Assembly: GCA_963697025.1 (NCBI GenBank)
Contig: CAVOMM010000008.1
Location: 263,741 to 327,740 of the forward strand
Length of the DNA stretch: 64,000 bases
Direction: 5' to 3'
From: an uncultured Alphaproteobacteria bacterium
GTDB taxonomy: Bacteria; Pseudomonadota; Alphaproteobacteria; Rhizobiales; Xanthobacteraceae
The position numbers were made by a program, and so were the translations under genes. Every line of letters starts with the position of its first letter. Within the stretch, counting starts at the first letter, position 1. The notes beneath the pieces were generated by a model. That model was not told the origin of the DNA, did no database searches, and saw only the letters and a program-made list of their open reading frames with translations. Of this stretch, positions 1 through 9,151 are shown one piece after another.

Positions 1-141
1 CTGAAACCGAACAATTTGCGGATCGTCGAAATTCGCCTTTGAAATCAAGAGCGCAATTTCCTGACGGATCGGGAAGTCGGTCTTTGACCACGCGCTGAAG
101 AATTTTCAACGCTATATCAGCGCGTTATCATGGATTAAAAT

Positions 142-159
142 GATCGAGTGGGAGTAGGG
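142..159 (+). repeat. Direct repeat copy 1 (GATCGAGTGGGAGT-AGGG), partner at 3314-3332
   Basis: 14-nt exact match plus 4 more nt after a 1-nt indel with 3314-3332. It sits at the left edge of the AT-richer segment. Confidence 0.3.
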
Positions 160-170
160 CTCAGGCGCGA

Positions 171-857
171 TCACTTAGGAGCGAGCATTCTCGCTGTTGC
201 CTCAGCCGCACGCAGGATTCGATCGTTTCGATCAATTGAAAAGCTGGTACAATATTTTTGAAGATGGATTTCGCCCTCTTCAGCTTGGCCGATTGCGATA
301 AGCCCGAGGCCCCAGGCAATATGGGTCTGCACATAGTTTTCGAGCGAGAACCGCCGGAATTTCATCATCGATCTCTCACGAAAAATATCGATGATATCGT
401 GGATCGATTTGACGCGGTTGAAGTCGAGCCTTGCAGCTTTCACAGTGCCTTTCACCGTGCGGGGAACCTTACTCCAATCGTAAGCTTTCTCTGGAAAGAT
501 GAAACAAGAGAGCGCGCACCAGTCGTGTGGGCCGCCTTCTCGATCGATCGGGTCGATGCACAAATCGAATTCCGCGGCTTTCGACGTGCGCTTCCAGCAG
601 AGCCTTCCGCGCCTTCGGATTGGTACGAAGTCTAGCGAAAAGCCCCAGCACGCGGAGTAGCTCAAACCCTTGAGAGCTTGGAACCTAAATATTCTACGTA
701 TCGGGGGCTGGGCGCTTTCAACCCAATGACGCGGTCGAATTCGCTCGAAACCGAGCGATGACAATTCGGCATGAAGGATCATATCTATTCGTGCTGCCAG
801 AACCGACGCCGGAACCGATATGTCCGCTGCCGAGAGATGCGCGTTGGTTTCCTGCAT
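171..857 (-). CDS. Hypothetical protein (228 aa), no family recognised
   Basis: Long ORF in a region more AT-rich than the rest of the window. Tandem with the decayed gene upstream. I recognise no motif. Confidence 0.4.
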   Translation of the reverse strand: MQETNAHLSAADISVPASVLAARIDMILHAELSSLGFERIRPRHWVESAQPPIRRIFRFQALKGLSYSACWGFSLDFVPIRRRGRLCWKRTSKAAEFDLCIDPIDREGGPHDWCALSCFIFPEKAYDWSKVPRTVKGTVKAARLDFNRVKSIHDIIDIFRERSMMKFRRFSLENYVQTHIAWGLGLIAIGQAEEGEIHLQKYCTSFSIDRNDRILRAAEATARMLAPK

Positions 858-895
858 TGAATTTGACCGGGAACATGGGCCGGCATCGCGGACGT

Positions 896-1901
896 TTAGC
901 GGCCGGTTTCTTCGGTTATGACCTTCAGCTTCGGCAAGCCGGTGTAGCCATAAACATCATGCAGGATCGTAAGCAATTCGCGGGCGAGGTTCGCGGCGTC
1001 CACTTGGTCCATCGGATAGGTCTTCCAGTAGTTCGGGGATCAGCCCGGGTCGGCGAAGCCGACCGCATGCAACCGGGCGAACTCGATCCGGGTTGAGTAC
1101 GCTGGCAAGTGCCTCCCAGCTTTCGGCCGATTGAGCTTCACAATAAATTTCCGGCGGTGAGGAGTGGGGCTCGCATTGAACGTAACCAATTCCGGCTTCG
1201 AACACCGCAAACAGGCGTCGATTCATGTTCACGCGTAAGCGTGAAATCTCACCTGTTACCCGGGCTCCGTAGAGATCGAAGAGTTCTGCGGCCGAGCCGG
1301 CCGGCACGCTTGGCCCGAGGTCCGGCTTGGGCGCGTAACTGCAGGCATGAATTGCCGTCGCCTGCATGGATGGCGCATTGTTGACTATGCCGGCGAGGTT
1401 CTGGGTTGGTCCGTTGCGCGGTGGGCAAGGCTCGCTCCTGAGCCAAGTGCTCTCGACTTCGAGATTCGCCAAGTCTGCGTCATAAGCCGTAGCGAGCACC
1501 TGCAAAATTTTATCCGCAACCAAGCTCGCCGCCGTTCCGGTGGGAAAGATTCGCACATAATTGCCGAAGCTCAGATCAAGATGCCAGCCGAGCGCCGCGA
1601 GCTGGCTCACGCGTTCGGGGGTGAGCACGTGATCGAGCGATGGCTGCATCAGTGTCCCGGCCGCTTCACAGCGTAGGCTACGGTCCGGTAACCGACCGCA
1701 CTGCACGTATTTGTTGCCGTCCCAAATGGTTGCGAAACCCTCCTGCCCAGCACGTTCTAAGGTGATTACGTTTTGGAGAGCGGCCTCGACGCTGGCCTTG
1801 TTCGGCTGTGGCGGTGAATCCGTCATAACAACACCCGGCGCGCCAAGCGACACGCAGAGCAACACCGCCCATCCGGTCGGCTGCAATCTAAATACGCGCA
1901 T
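896..1901 (-). pseudogene. Decayed gene for a secreted protein with an internal two-domain duplication; 3' part disrupted by a frameshift and an in-frame TGA
   Basis: ATG at 1901 preceded by GGGAGG, with a signal-peptide-like N-terminus (MRVFRLQPTGWAVLLCVSLGA). Domain 1 reads LTPERVSQLAALGWHLDLSFGNYVRIFP...LVADKILQVLATAYD. Its paralogous copy (TRIEFARLHAVGFADPG*SPNYWKTYPMDQVDAANLARELLTILHDVYGY...TEETGR*) is readable only in another frame from about 1090, contains TGA at 1040-1042, and ends at TAA 896-898. Confidence 0.55.
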
Positions 1902-2251
1902 GCGAGGCCTCCCGGGAAGGTAGCGTAATGCTAAACTTATACGGGAATCAAGTTGTTTGGTAAGGCGTCGCGGCTTTAGGGCTCGGGGCTCCAGATCGCC
2001 CACGGAGCCGTCGATCGATATGGACAACACTTCAAGGTCAGTTCCCCGTTTCGTCCTCCTTGCGCTGGGTATTGGCCGGGTGTCTTCATTCAATCAGCGT
2101 TCGTCGCCGCTTCTTCGTTAAACACGATTCTCACATCCGATAGATGTCTCAGTTGAAAAGCTGAGTTCGTCGAGGCGCGCAGGTCATTTTCACGCGTGTC
2201 CATTTTACTTCACCCCAATGTTCGAACAGAGCGAGAAACGTCAGGACGCAG

Positions 2252-2893
2252 ATGCTGAATCGTAGCGCAATGCAAATGTTTCGATTGACTAATGAGCCCG
2301 GCGAATTGGGACTTAGTTGCAGCCCCGCCGGCGTGTCGCTCGCGGGAGTGCCTCTCCTTCGTCGAACCCCGGCGGGATTTGCACCACGACCTACTTCTGA
2401 GATCGCCTTGTTGCTCAAGGCGGCATACGGCGGCAATTCAACCGAACTGCAGTCAAGACTCGACGCGATCGCGCAAGCGCTCAATCGTAACGATTTCGTC
2501 GCGGCGATGATCGCTGCCGTCCATACGCGGACCCCGGAATTGAGCCCTGAGGCCGTCGTACGGCTTGCCGCCGCCGAGCAAGAGCTAACAAAGTACAATT
2601 ACAATCCTGATGAACCGCGAGATTGGCATGGCCGCTGGACCAGTGACGGAACCGCCGATCGGACAAGCCCGCTTGTACCTGGAGCCGTAAGCGATCCAAC
2701 CGCTGACGACAGTTCACGGGCGGTCGATATCGCGGCGAGAGATGACATTATGCGCAGCATCGTCAAGAATGCATGCATCGCTGAATGTTCGGAATCGAGT
2801 CTTCCAACCGGTGATTATGGCTGGAAATTCGTTCGCTGCTATAACGACTGTGTGAGGAGGCACGGTTACGATCCATCCGTCGTCCGTCTATAG
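2252..2893 (+). CDS. Hypothetical protein (213 aa) with NPDEPRDWHGRWT motif and a Cys-rich C-terminal about 60 aa
   Basis: ATG ORF. An opposite-strand ORF at 2149-2598 overlaps it, so the strand choice is tentative. No family assigned. Confidence 0.4.
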   Translation: MLNRSAMQMFRLTNEPGELGLSCSPAGVSLAGVPLLRRTPAGFAPRPTSEIALLLKAAYGGNSTELQSRLDAIAQALNRNDFVAAMIAAVHTRTPELSPEAVVRLAAAEQELTKYNYNPDEPRDWHGRWTSDGTADRTSPLVPGAVSDPTADDSSRAVDIAARDDIMRSIVKNACIAECSESSLPTGDYGWKFVRCYNDCVRRHGYDPSVVRL

Positions 2894-2923
2894 CTAATCG
2901 GTGTTTGTGCGGTGTGGATAAAA

Positions 2924-3154
2924 ATGGAGAGCAACAGGATGTCACAAGACGCAGCGAAAATCATAATGGACACTGTCATAAGACACCTGGCAGAGCAGGA
3001 TGCCGCTCTGATAAAAATCCAAACGTTGTGTACCGCAGAGGAATTTAATGAATACCGACGCATGATCGGAAAATCTATGGGAGAGATGGTCTCCGAGATC
3101 ATAAATCCAATTGTGTCGAAATATCCGGTGCTGAAACCGCCTCAAATGAGGTAG
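2924..3154 (+). CDS. Small hypothetical protein (about 76 aa), AT-rich codon usage
   Basis: The ORF starts 19-31 nt after the stop of the preceding ORF (GTG 2912 or ATG 2924). This is the most AT-rich stretch of the window. Confidence 0.35.
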   Translation: MESNRMSQDAAKIIMDTVIRHLAEQDAALIKIQTLCTAEEFNEYRRMIGKSMGEMVSEIINPIVSKYPVLKPPQMR

Positions 3155-3219
3155 GTGGAAGACGTCATTCGCTGACATAGATCTGACAAGCAAGAAACAA
3201 AATGAATGTGAGGGAGCCG

Positions 3220-3306
3220 ATGCCCATCACCATCTACGGCATCAAAAACTGCGACACCATGAAGAAAGCGCGCGCTTGGCTCGACAAGCGCGGCGTCGAT
3301 TATGCG
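3220..3306 (+). pseudogene. Truncated duplicate of the 5' end of the ArsC/Spx-family gene yffB (first about 29 codons)
   Basis: 3220-3306 matches 5754-5840 at about 84 of 87 nt and encodes [26 protein letters not shown]. Similarity then stops and the frame runs into unrelated sequence. Confidence 0.7.
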
Positions 3307-3313
3307 CCAGCAC

Positions 3314-3332
3314 GATCGAGTGGGAGTGAGGG
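3314..3332 (+). repeat. Direct repeat copy 2 (GATCGAGTGGGAGTGAGGG), partner at 142-159
   Basis: See 142-159. It begins 7 nt after the end of the yffB 5' fragment. Confidence 0.3.
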
Positions 3333-3364
3333 AAGAGTCCCGAGAAGACGGCTGGGCATCCGTC

Positions 3365-4312
3365 TTACCGACGCGATTCGCGCCCATGTAAGACTTTGTG
3401 CTGTACGGCCTCCGAAACCTCTTTCACCAGCGCGCAGAACCATCGAATGACGGGATCGTTCATTCGCAAGGCGGACGCCATAATTGTGTTTCTAAATCGA
3501 ACTTCAGGGAATGGCGGCTCCCTGACAACAAGTCGGTAGGCCTTGGCGTGTAGGCTGGCAAACAACAGCGAGGTTGTAGCAATCATATCCGTCGCGGAAA
3601 CGATCGCGAGACAGCCCATGAAGTGGGGCGTGATCAATCCGATGCGACGTGTGAGGCCGGCCTTGGCGAGCCGGGCGTCGATATCGCTGGTGCCGTCGCC
3701 CAGCAGCGAAACAGCGACGCTATCCCATTTTGTGTATTCCGCCAGCGTCCATTTCTTTTTCGCGGCTGGGTGCTTTTCACGCATCACGAGCGCGTAGCGA
3801 TCCTCAAAAATTACGGTCGAGACCGCTCCGGGCGGCAGTGGCGTTTCGGCATTGGAGAAAACGAGATCGACTGACCCGTCCTCCAGCCGCTTAAAAGCAT
3901 CGCGCGTGTAATTCTCGATCGATAACTCGATTCCGGGTGCCTCTTTCCGAATGCGGTTCATCAAGTCGGGAAAAAACAGGATCAAGTGCGCATCGCAGCC
4001 GACAAGATGCAAAATCCGGCGGACTTTTGAGAGTTCAAAGGGCGGCGGTCGATAAACGGTTCTTGCCGCGTTCAGGACCGCGGTCACGCGCGGCATGATT
4101 TCTTCGGCGCGGGGAGTCAAAGCGAGCCCCGAAGGGCCGCGCACCAGGAGATCGTCGTTCAAAACGCGGCGAAGCCGCGCCAGCACATGACTCATCGCCG
4201 GTTGGCTGAGACCGACATCCGCGGCCGCGCGCGTGACATGGCGTCGATGCAGCAACGCCTCAAGCGCGGGCAGCAAGTTGAGGTCGACGGACGCTAAATT
4301 CAAATCGCGCAT
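3365..4312 (-). CDS. LysR-family transcriptional regulator
   Basis: N-terminal wHTH ([38 protein letters not shown]) plus a LysR substrate-binding-type C-terminal region. Divergent from the downstream operon. Confidence 0.9.
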   Translation of the reverse strand: MRDLNLASVDLNLLPALEALLHRRHVTRAAADVGLSQPAMSHVLARLRRVLNDDLLVRGPSGLALTPRAEEIMPRVTAVLNAARTVYRPPPFELSKVRRILHLVGCDAHLILFFPDLMNRIRKEAPGIELSIENYTRDAFKRLEDGSVDLVFSNAETPLPPGAVSTVIFEDRYALVMREKHPAAKKKWTLAEYTKWDSVAVSLLGDGTSDIDARLAKAGLTRRIGLITPHFMGCLAIVSATDMIATTSLLFASLHAKAYRLVVREPPFPEVRFRNTIMASALRMNDPVIRWFCALVKEVSEAVQHKVLHGRESRR

Positions 4313-4406
4313 GATTGTTATATAATCTATGAATTTTCCTTATGGTCAATGCGGAGCTATTTGGAATCACCCGTCGCCAAGGAACACGAGAAGGGGAAGC
4401 CCGCAT

Positions 4407-4850
4407 ATGGTCGACATTCTGCACAAGGTCGGAATCAAATCGTCATCGCTCGATCAGGTCTATAAGGCGCTGGCCACGATTGACGGTCTTTCCGCGTGGT
4501 GGACAAGTGACACCCAGGGGGAAAGCAAGGTCGGCGGCGTGATCCAATTCCGCTTTGGCGGTGGCGGCTTCGACATGAAGGTTCTCGAGCTGCAACCCGG
4601 CAAGCGGGTTCTATGGCAGGTGGTCGACGGGCCCGAAGAATGGATCGGCACAAAGATCAGTTTTGACCTCAGGCAGGAAGGCGATTGGACCCTCGTCTTC
4701 TTCAAGCACACAGGCTGGAAGGAACCGGTGGAGTTCATGCACCACTGCAGCACCAAGTGGGCGGTCTTCCTCTTGAGCCTTAAATCGCTTCTCGAAACCG
4801 GCAAAGGTGCCGCCTGGCCGAACGAGATCAAACTTGACAGTTGGGAATAA
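4407..4850 (+). CDS. SRPBCC/AHSA1 (activator of Hsp90 ATPase-like) domain protein
   Basis: MVDILHKVGIKSS...LSAWWTSDTQGESKVGGVIQFRFGGGGFDMKVLELQPGKRVLWQV is typical of the family. ATG 4407 has an AAGGGGA RBS; the track start at 4329 is probably over-extended. Confidence 0.8.
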   Translation: MVDILHKVGIKSSSLDQVYKALATIDGLSAWWTSDTQGESKVGGVIQFRFGGGGFDMKVLELQPGKRVLWQVVDGPEEWIGTKISFDLRQEGDWTLVFFKHTGWKEPVEFMHHCSTKWAVFLLSLKSLLETGKGAAWPNEIKLDSWE

Positions 4851-4875
4851 TGCAGCGCTGCCGACGGAGTGAACA

Positions 4876-5625
4876 ATGAAGGACATCACGAGAGATGACC
4901 TTGGAGCGCCCAAAATAGTCGATCGAAGCACCTTCCATGCGGAGCTGGACGCATTGCGGCTGCGGGAGAAGGCGCACATGCGCGAGGGTGACGCGATCGC
5001 CGCGGCCCGCCGGCGGCTGCCCATGGTCGAGGTGGATCCCACGGTCGCGTTGATTGGCGACGACGGACCGGTAACGCTCCTCGATGTGTTCGAGGGCCGC
5101 CGACAGCTCATCGCCTACTACTTCATGTGGCATGCCGGCCGTCCCGCGCCGGAGCAGTGCGAGGGATGCACCTTCTATACATCGCAGGTCCGCGAACTGT
5201 CCTTTATTCATTCTCGCAACGTCACCTACGCCACGTTCGCCCAAGGCCCCTACACAGAGAGCGCACGCTACCGCGACTTCATGGGCTGGGAGATGCCTTG
5301 GTATTCGGCTCCCAAAGAGTCGCTCGAAACCCTCTTGGTTGGACGCCGCGTGGGCATGATGCACATCGTTTGCTATCTACGACAGGGAGCCAAAGTCTTC
5401 GAGACTTATTGGACGACGCGGCGCGGCGCCGAGGCGATGGACAACAACTACCGGCTGCTCGACCTGACCGTCTACGGGCGGCAGGAGAACTGGGAGGAAT
5501 CACCGGCCGGCTGGCCGCGACGGCCGAAAGGCGAACACAATTACCGCAGCGATGGACGCCCCATTCCGCAGTGGCCGCGCCTGAAGGTCGGGCATTCTGA
5601 CGACCTGGGAACCGGCGGGCGCTGA
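4876..5625 (+). CDS. DUF899 thioredoxin-like family protein
   Basis: Conserved DUF899 pattern: REKAHMREGDAIAAARRRLPMVEV...LLDVFEGRRQLIAYYFMW...CEGC...YWTTRRGAEA. Confidence 0.8.
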   Translation: MKDITRDDLGAPKIVDRSTFHAELDALRLREKAHMREGDAIAAARRRLPMVEVDPTVALIGDDGPVTLLDVFEGRRQLIAYYFMWHAGRPAPEQCEGCTFYTSQVRELSFIHSRNVTYATFAQGPYTESARYRDFMGWEMPWYSAPKESLETLLVGRRVGMMHIVCYLRQGAKVFETYWTTRRGAEAMDNNYRLLDLTVYGRQENWEESPAGWPRRPKGEHNYRSDGRPIPQWPRLKVGHSDDLGTGGR

Positions 5626-5753
5626 GTTAGATCCGCCCACCACAGCGACGGAAATTCCGGATGAACGTTCCGCGAGCCTTGATGGCTTGCCAAGCCAGCG
5701 GTAGGAAACGCACAATCGTGAGCGAGGCGAACGATTGATCGGGGGTTGCCGCG

Positions 5754-6113
5754 ATGCCCATCACCATCTACGGCATCAAGAACTGCGACACCATGAAGAA
5801 GGCGCGCGCTTGGCTCGACAAGCGCGGCGTCGCTTATGCGTTTCACGATTACAAGACCGCCGGCATCGAGCGCGAGCGGCTGGAACGGTGGGAGAAGAAG
5901 GTCGGCTGGGAAACGCTGGTCAATCGCGCCGGCACCACGTTCCGCAAACTGCCGGAGAAGGACAAGACCGGGTTGAACACCAAGAAGGCGATGGCGCTGA
6001 TGCTTGAGCAGCCGTCGATGATCAAGCGTCCGGTGCTCGATCTCGGCGGCGGCAAATTGCTGGTCGGATTTGCGCCGGAACTTTATGCCAAATCGGTGAG
6101 CACGCGCGCTTAA
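5754..6113 (+). CDS. yffB: ArsC/Spx/MgsR-family protein (YffB-like)
   Basis: [34 protein letters not shown]...LMLEQPSMIKRPVL. 119 aa, the typical length. Confidence 0.85.
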   Translation: MPITIYGIKNCDTMKKARAWLDKRGVAYAFHDYKTAGIERERLERWEKKVGWETLVNRAGTTFRKLPEKDKTGLNTKKAMALMLEQPSMIKRPVLDLGGGKLLVGFAPELYAKSVSTRA

Positions 6114-6391
6114 GCGAACGTTCGGCGTGCAACTTTCTCCACTCGCGGCCGCGGGTGCAAGTTCCATTGCCACATTCGTGGCGAATAAATCGCGGCGCGG
6201 AACTTTCGAATTGCAAAATTGTTGAAGGCAAATCGGCGGCCACGTTGCCGCCACCAATCGACCATGCTTTGCCCGGCAAGCTGCGGCTCTCTACCGCACG
6301 GCGGCCGGCAAAAATCTTGGCTCGGTCATCGGGGACTGAATACTTGGGACGAAAGCTCGGGGGCGAGTATCTGCGAGGCTGGAGGTTTGAA

Positions 6392-7114
6392 ATGAAATTG
6401 CGTGTGTTCGTTGGCGGCCTCACGCTGGCTGCCGGCACTGTCGCCTGCGTGTGTTCCGTTCAAGCGGCCGATTTGCCGATGCGTCCCGCTCCCGCGCCGG
6501 TCGCGCCGGTCGCCTATGCGCCGCCGGTCTATAATTGGAGCGGCTTCTATGTCGGCGGCCATATCGGCGGCGGCTTCGAAAACTCGAAATGGACCGATCC
6601 CTTCACCGGGGCCAACGATACGTTCAACCACGGCGGCTTTCTCGGCGGCGCCCAGGTCGGCGTGAACACGCAATTCAACTGGCTCGTGCTCGGCCTCGAA
6701 GGCGATTTCAGCTGGACGAGTCTGGCCAAAGGCACCGGCACCGATTCTTTCGGCGACACCATCACGACCAGTCCGCAATGGACTTCCACCGTGACCGGGC
6801 GCATCGGTGCGGCGTTCGATCGCTTGCTCGTCTACGGCAAGGGCGGTCTCGCGCTCGCGGAAGATAAGAGCACCTTCGCTCCCGTGGGCGGCGCCACCGC
6901 GACCGACACCTTGACGCGAACCGGCTGGACGGCCGGCGCCGGCCTCGAATATGCGCTGACCAACAACTGGTCGGTGCGCGCGGAATACGATTACCTGGGC
7001 TTCGGATCCAAGCAGCTCAGCTTCACGGCGCCGCCGCTCGGCACCGTGACGGCGAACGCGAATCTCAATGTCCAGGAAGTGAAGGCCGGGTTCGACTACA
7101 AGTTCGGCCCGTAA
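6392..7114 (+). CDS. Outer-membrane beta-barrel protein (Omp25/RopB-type porin family)
   Basis: GGAGGT RBS then ATG 6392. Signal peptide ending VQA-AD, alternating aromatic beta-strand pattern, C-terminal ...VKAGFDYKF. Confidence 0.8.
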   Translation: MKLRVFVGGLTLAAGTVACVCSVQAADLPMRPAPAPVAPVAYAPPVYNWSGFYVGGHIGGGFENSKWTDPFTGANDTFNHGGFLGGAQVGVNTQFNWLVLGLEGDFSWTSLAKGTGTDSFGDTITTSPQWTSTVTGRIGAAFDRLLVYGKGGLALAEDKSTFAPVGGATATDTLTRTGWTAGAGLEYALTNNWSVRAEYDYLGFGSKQLSFTAPPLGTVTANANLNVQEVKAGFDYKFGP

Positions 7115-7182
7115 TCAAACCAGCGAGTGGCGAATAGCGATAAGACGGAAGGTTCCTTTTCCCTACGCGCCACCCGCCTTCG

Positions 7183-8157
7183 TCAATTGATTTTGATCTT
7201 GGCCGCCGCGATCACCGGCGTCCAGCGCGCAACGTCGGCATCGACGCGGGCGCGGAATTGGGCCGGCGTGTCGGGGATCGGCTCCATCAATTGCGCCGTG
7301 AGCTTTTCGCGGATCGCGCGCGACTCGATCGCTTCGGTGACCAGCGCGCGAATTCGCTCGATCATGTCGTTTGAGATTCCGGCCGGCGCGATGAGACCCA
7401 TCCAGGCATCGGCTTCGACGTCGATGCCGGCTTCCTTCAGGGTTGGAATTCCGGGCAGCAGCGCCGAGCGTTCGGCGGTCGTGATGGCGAGGATTTTCAC
7501 CTTGCCGGAGGAAAGCTGCGGCACGACCGAAATCGCCGGCAGGCACACCATCTGCACGTCATTGCGGATCAGCGCCGTCATCGCCGCCGGCGACGAGGAA
7601 TATGGGACGTGGACGAGCTGCGCGCCGCTCTTGAGCGCGATCGCCTCCATGGCGAGCTGCGACAGCGAGCCGGTGCCGATCGAGCCGTAGGCGTATTTGC
7701 CGGGATTGTGCGCGATCAAGTCGACCAGCTCCCGCGTCGAGTTCGCGCCGAGGCCGGCATTGACCGCAAGCGCGCTCGGCTGCGTCACCAGCATGGTGAT
7801 GAGCGCGATATCCTTTTTCGGATCGTAGGGCAGATTGCCGAACAACAGCGTGTTGATGGCAAGCGGGCCGCCGATGCTGATGCCGATGGTCGAGCCGTCC
7901 GGCGCGGCCTTGGCCACGGCATCGGTGCCGGTATTGCCGCTGGCGCCCGGCTTGTTCTCGACGATGAATGGCACCTGGGTCTTGTCGTGCAGATAATCGG
8001 CGATCATGCGGGCGACAACGTCGGGCGTCGAGCCGGCGCCGAATGGCACGACGATCCGCACCGGCGCAGTCGGCCACTGCTGTGCGCTTGCCGAAACCGT
8101 GCAAAACAGGACGGCCCAAAACACGGCCGTTAATGCCGCCAGCATGCCGCGCTTCAT
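7183..8157 (-). CDS. Bug-family (TctC-like) tripartite tricarboxylate transporter substrate-binding protein
   Basis: Signal peptide followed by PVRIVVPFGAGSTPDVVARMIADYL...ENKPGASGNTGTDAVAKAAPDGSTIG, the Bug family signature. Confidence 0.85.
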   Translation of the reverse strand: MKRGMLAALTAVFWAVLFCTVSASAQQWPTAPVRIVVPFGAGSTPDVVARMIADYLHDKTQVPFIVENKPGASGNTGTDAVAKAAPDGSTIGISIGGPLAINTLLFGNLPYDPKKDIALITMLVTQPSALAVNAGLGANSTRELVDLIAHNPGKYAYGSIGTGSLSQLAMEAIALKSGAQLVHVPYSSSPAAMTALIRNDVQMVCLPAISVVPQLSSGKVKILAITTAERSALLPGIPTLKEAGIDVEADAWMGLIAPAGISNDMIERIRALVTEAIESRAIREKLTAQLMEPIPDTPAQFRARVDADVARWTPVIAAAKIKIN

Positions 8158-8234
8158 CGCTTTGCCTCTGCGTTTCCCACCCGCTGCGTAAGACGTATCA
8201 TGCTGGCGAAGGAAGTCGAAGCGGAGGTCGAATC

Positions 8235-9095
8235 GTGCGCGCCACGACGAAATTGCGGGCTTTGTTGAATTCGAGGCGCATCGCGGTCGCGCCGGGCGCC
8301 TTCGACGGGCTTTCCGCCCGGCTGGTCGAGCAGGCCGGATTCCCGGCGATCTACGCCAGCGGCGGCGCCATCGCGCGCTCGGCCGGTGTGCCGGACCTCG
8401 GCCTTCTTTCGATGAGCGCGATCGTCGAGCGGCTGGCTTCGATGGTGGACGTCGTTGCCGCGCCGATCATTGCCGATGCCGACACCGGCTACGGCAATGC
8501 GCTCAATGCCCAGGCCGCCGCGCGCGCTTTCGAGCGCGCCGGAGTGGCGGCCTTTCATCTCGAGGACCAGACGTTCCCGAAGAAGTGCGGTCATTACGAC
8601 GACAAGGGCCTCGTGCCGGTGGCCGAGATGGTGCAGAAGCTCAAGGCCGTGCGCGACGCCTTGCACGACCCCGATTTTGTGGTGATTGCGCGCACCGACG
8701 CCATCGCGGTCGAGGGATTCTCCGCCGCCATCGATCGCGCCTTCGCCTATCACGAGGCCGGCGCCGACATGCTGTTCGTCGAAGCGCCCACCTCGGAAGA
8801 CGAGATCGCCGCGGTCGCCAAGCGACTGCCGGGATGGAAGCTCATCAACATGTTCGAGGGCGGTAAGACGCCGCTTCTGCCGGCGCCCAGGCTGGAAGCC
8901 CTTGGCTACAACGTCGTCATCATCCCGAGCGATACGCAGCGCGCCGCGATCAAGGCCATGCAGCGCGTGCTGGCCGCCATCGCCGGTGACGGCAGCTCGG
9001 CGTCGATGCGCGGCGACATGGTCTCGTTCAAAGAGCGCGAAGCGCTCATCGGGACCGCGGCTTATCTCGAGCGCGGCGAGCGATATAGCGCATGA
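8235..9095 (+). CDS. Isocitrate lyase/PEP mutase family protein (methylisocitrate lyase / carboxyvinyl-carboxyphosphonate phosphorylmutase-like)
   Basis: LRALLNSRRIAVAPGAFDGLSARLVEQAGFPAIYASGG...IADADTGYGNALN...FHLEDQTFPKKCGH. GTG 8235 follows GGAGGT; the track start at 7968 overlaps the divergent gene. Confidence 0.8.
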   Translation: MRATTKLRALLNSRRIAVAPGAFDGLSARLVEQAGFPAIYASGGAIARSAGVPDLGLLSMSAIVERLASMVDVVAAPIIADADTGYGNALNAQAAARAFERAGVAAFHLEDQTFPKKCGHYDDKGLVPVAEMVQKLKAVRDALHDPDFVVIARTDAIAVEGFSAAIDRAFAYHEAGADMLFVEAPTSEDEIAAVAKRLPGWKLINMFEGGKTPLLPAPRLEALGYNVVIIPSDTQRAAIKAMQRVLAAIAGDGSSASMRGDMVSFKEREALIGTAAYLERGERYSA

Positions 9096-9151
9096 GCGCC
9101 GGCGCGCATCATTGACAATAAGACGGCGCTCGCCATGATCGCGGCCCGAAC

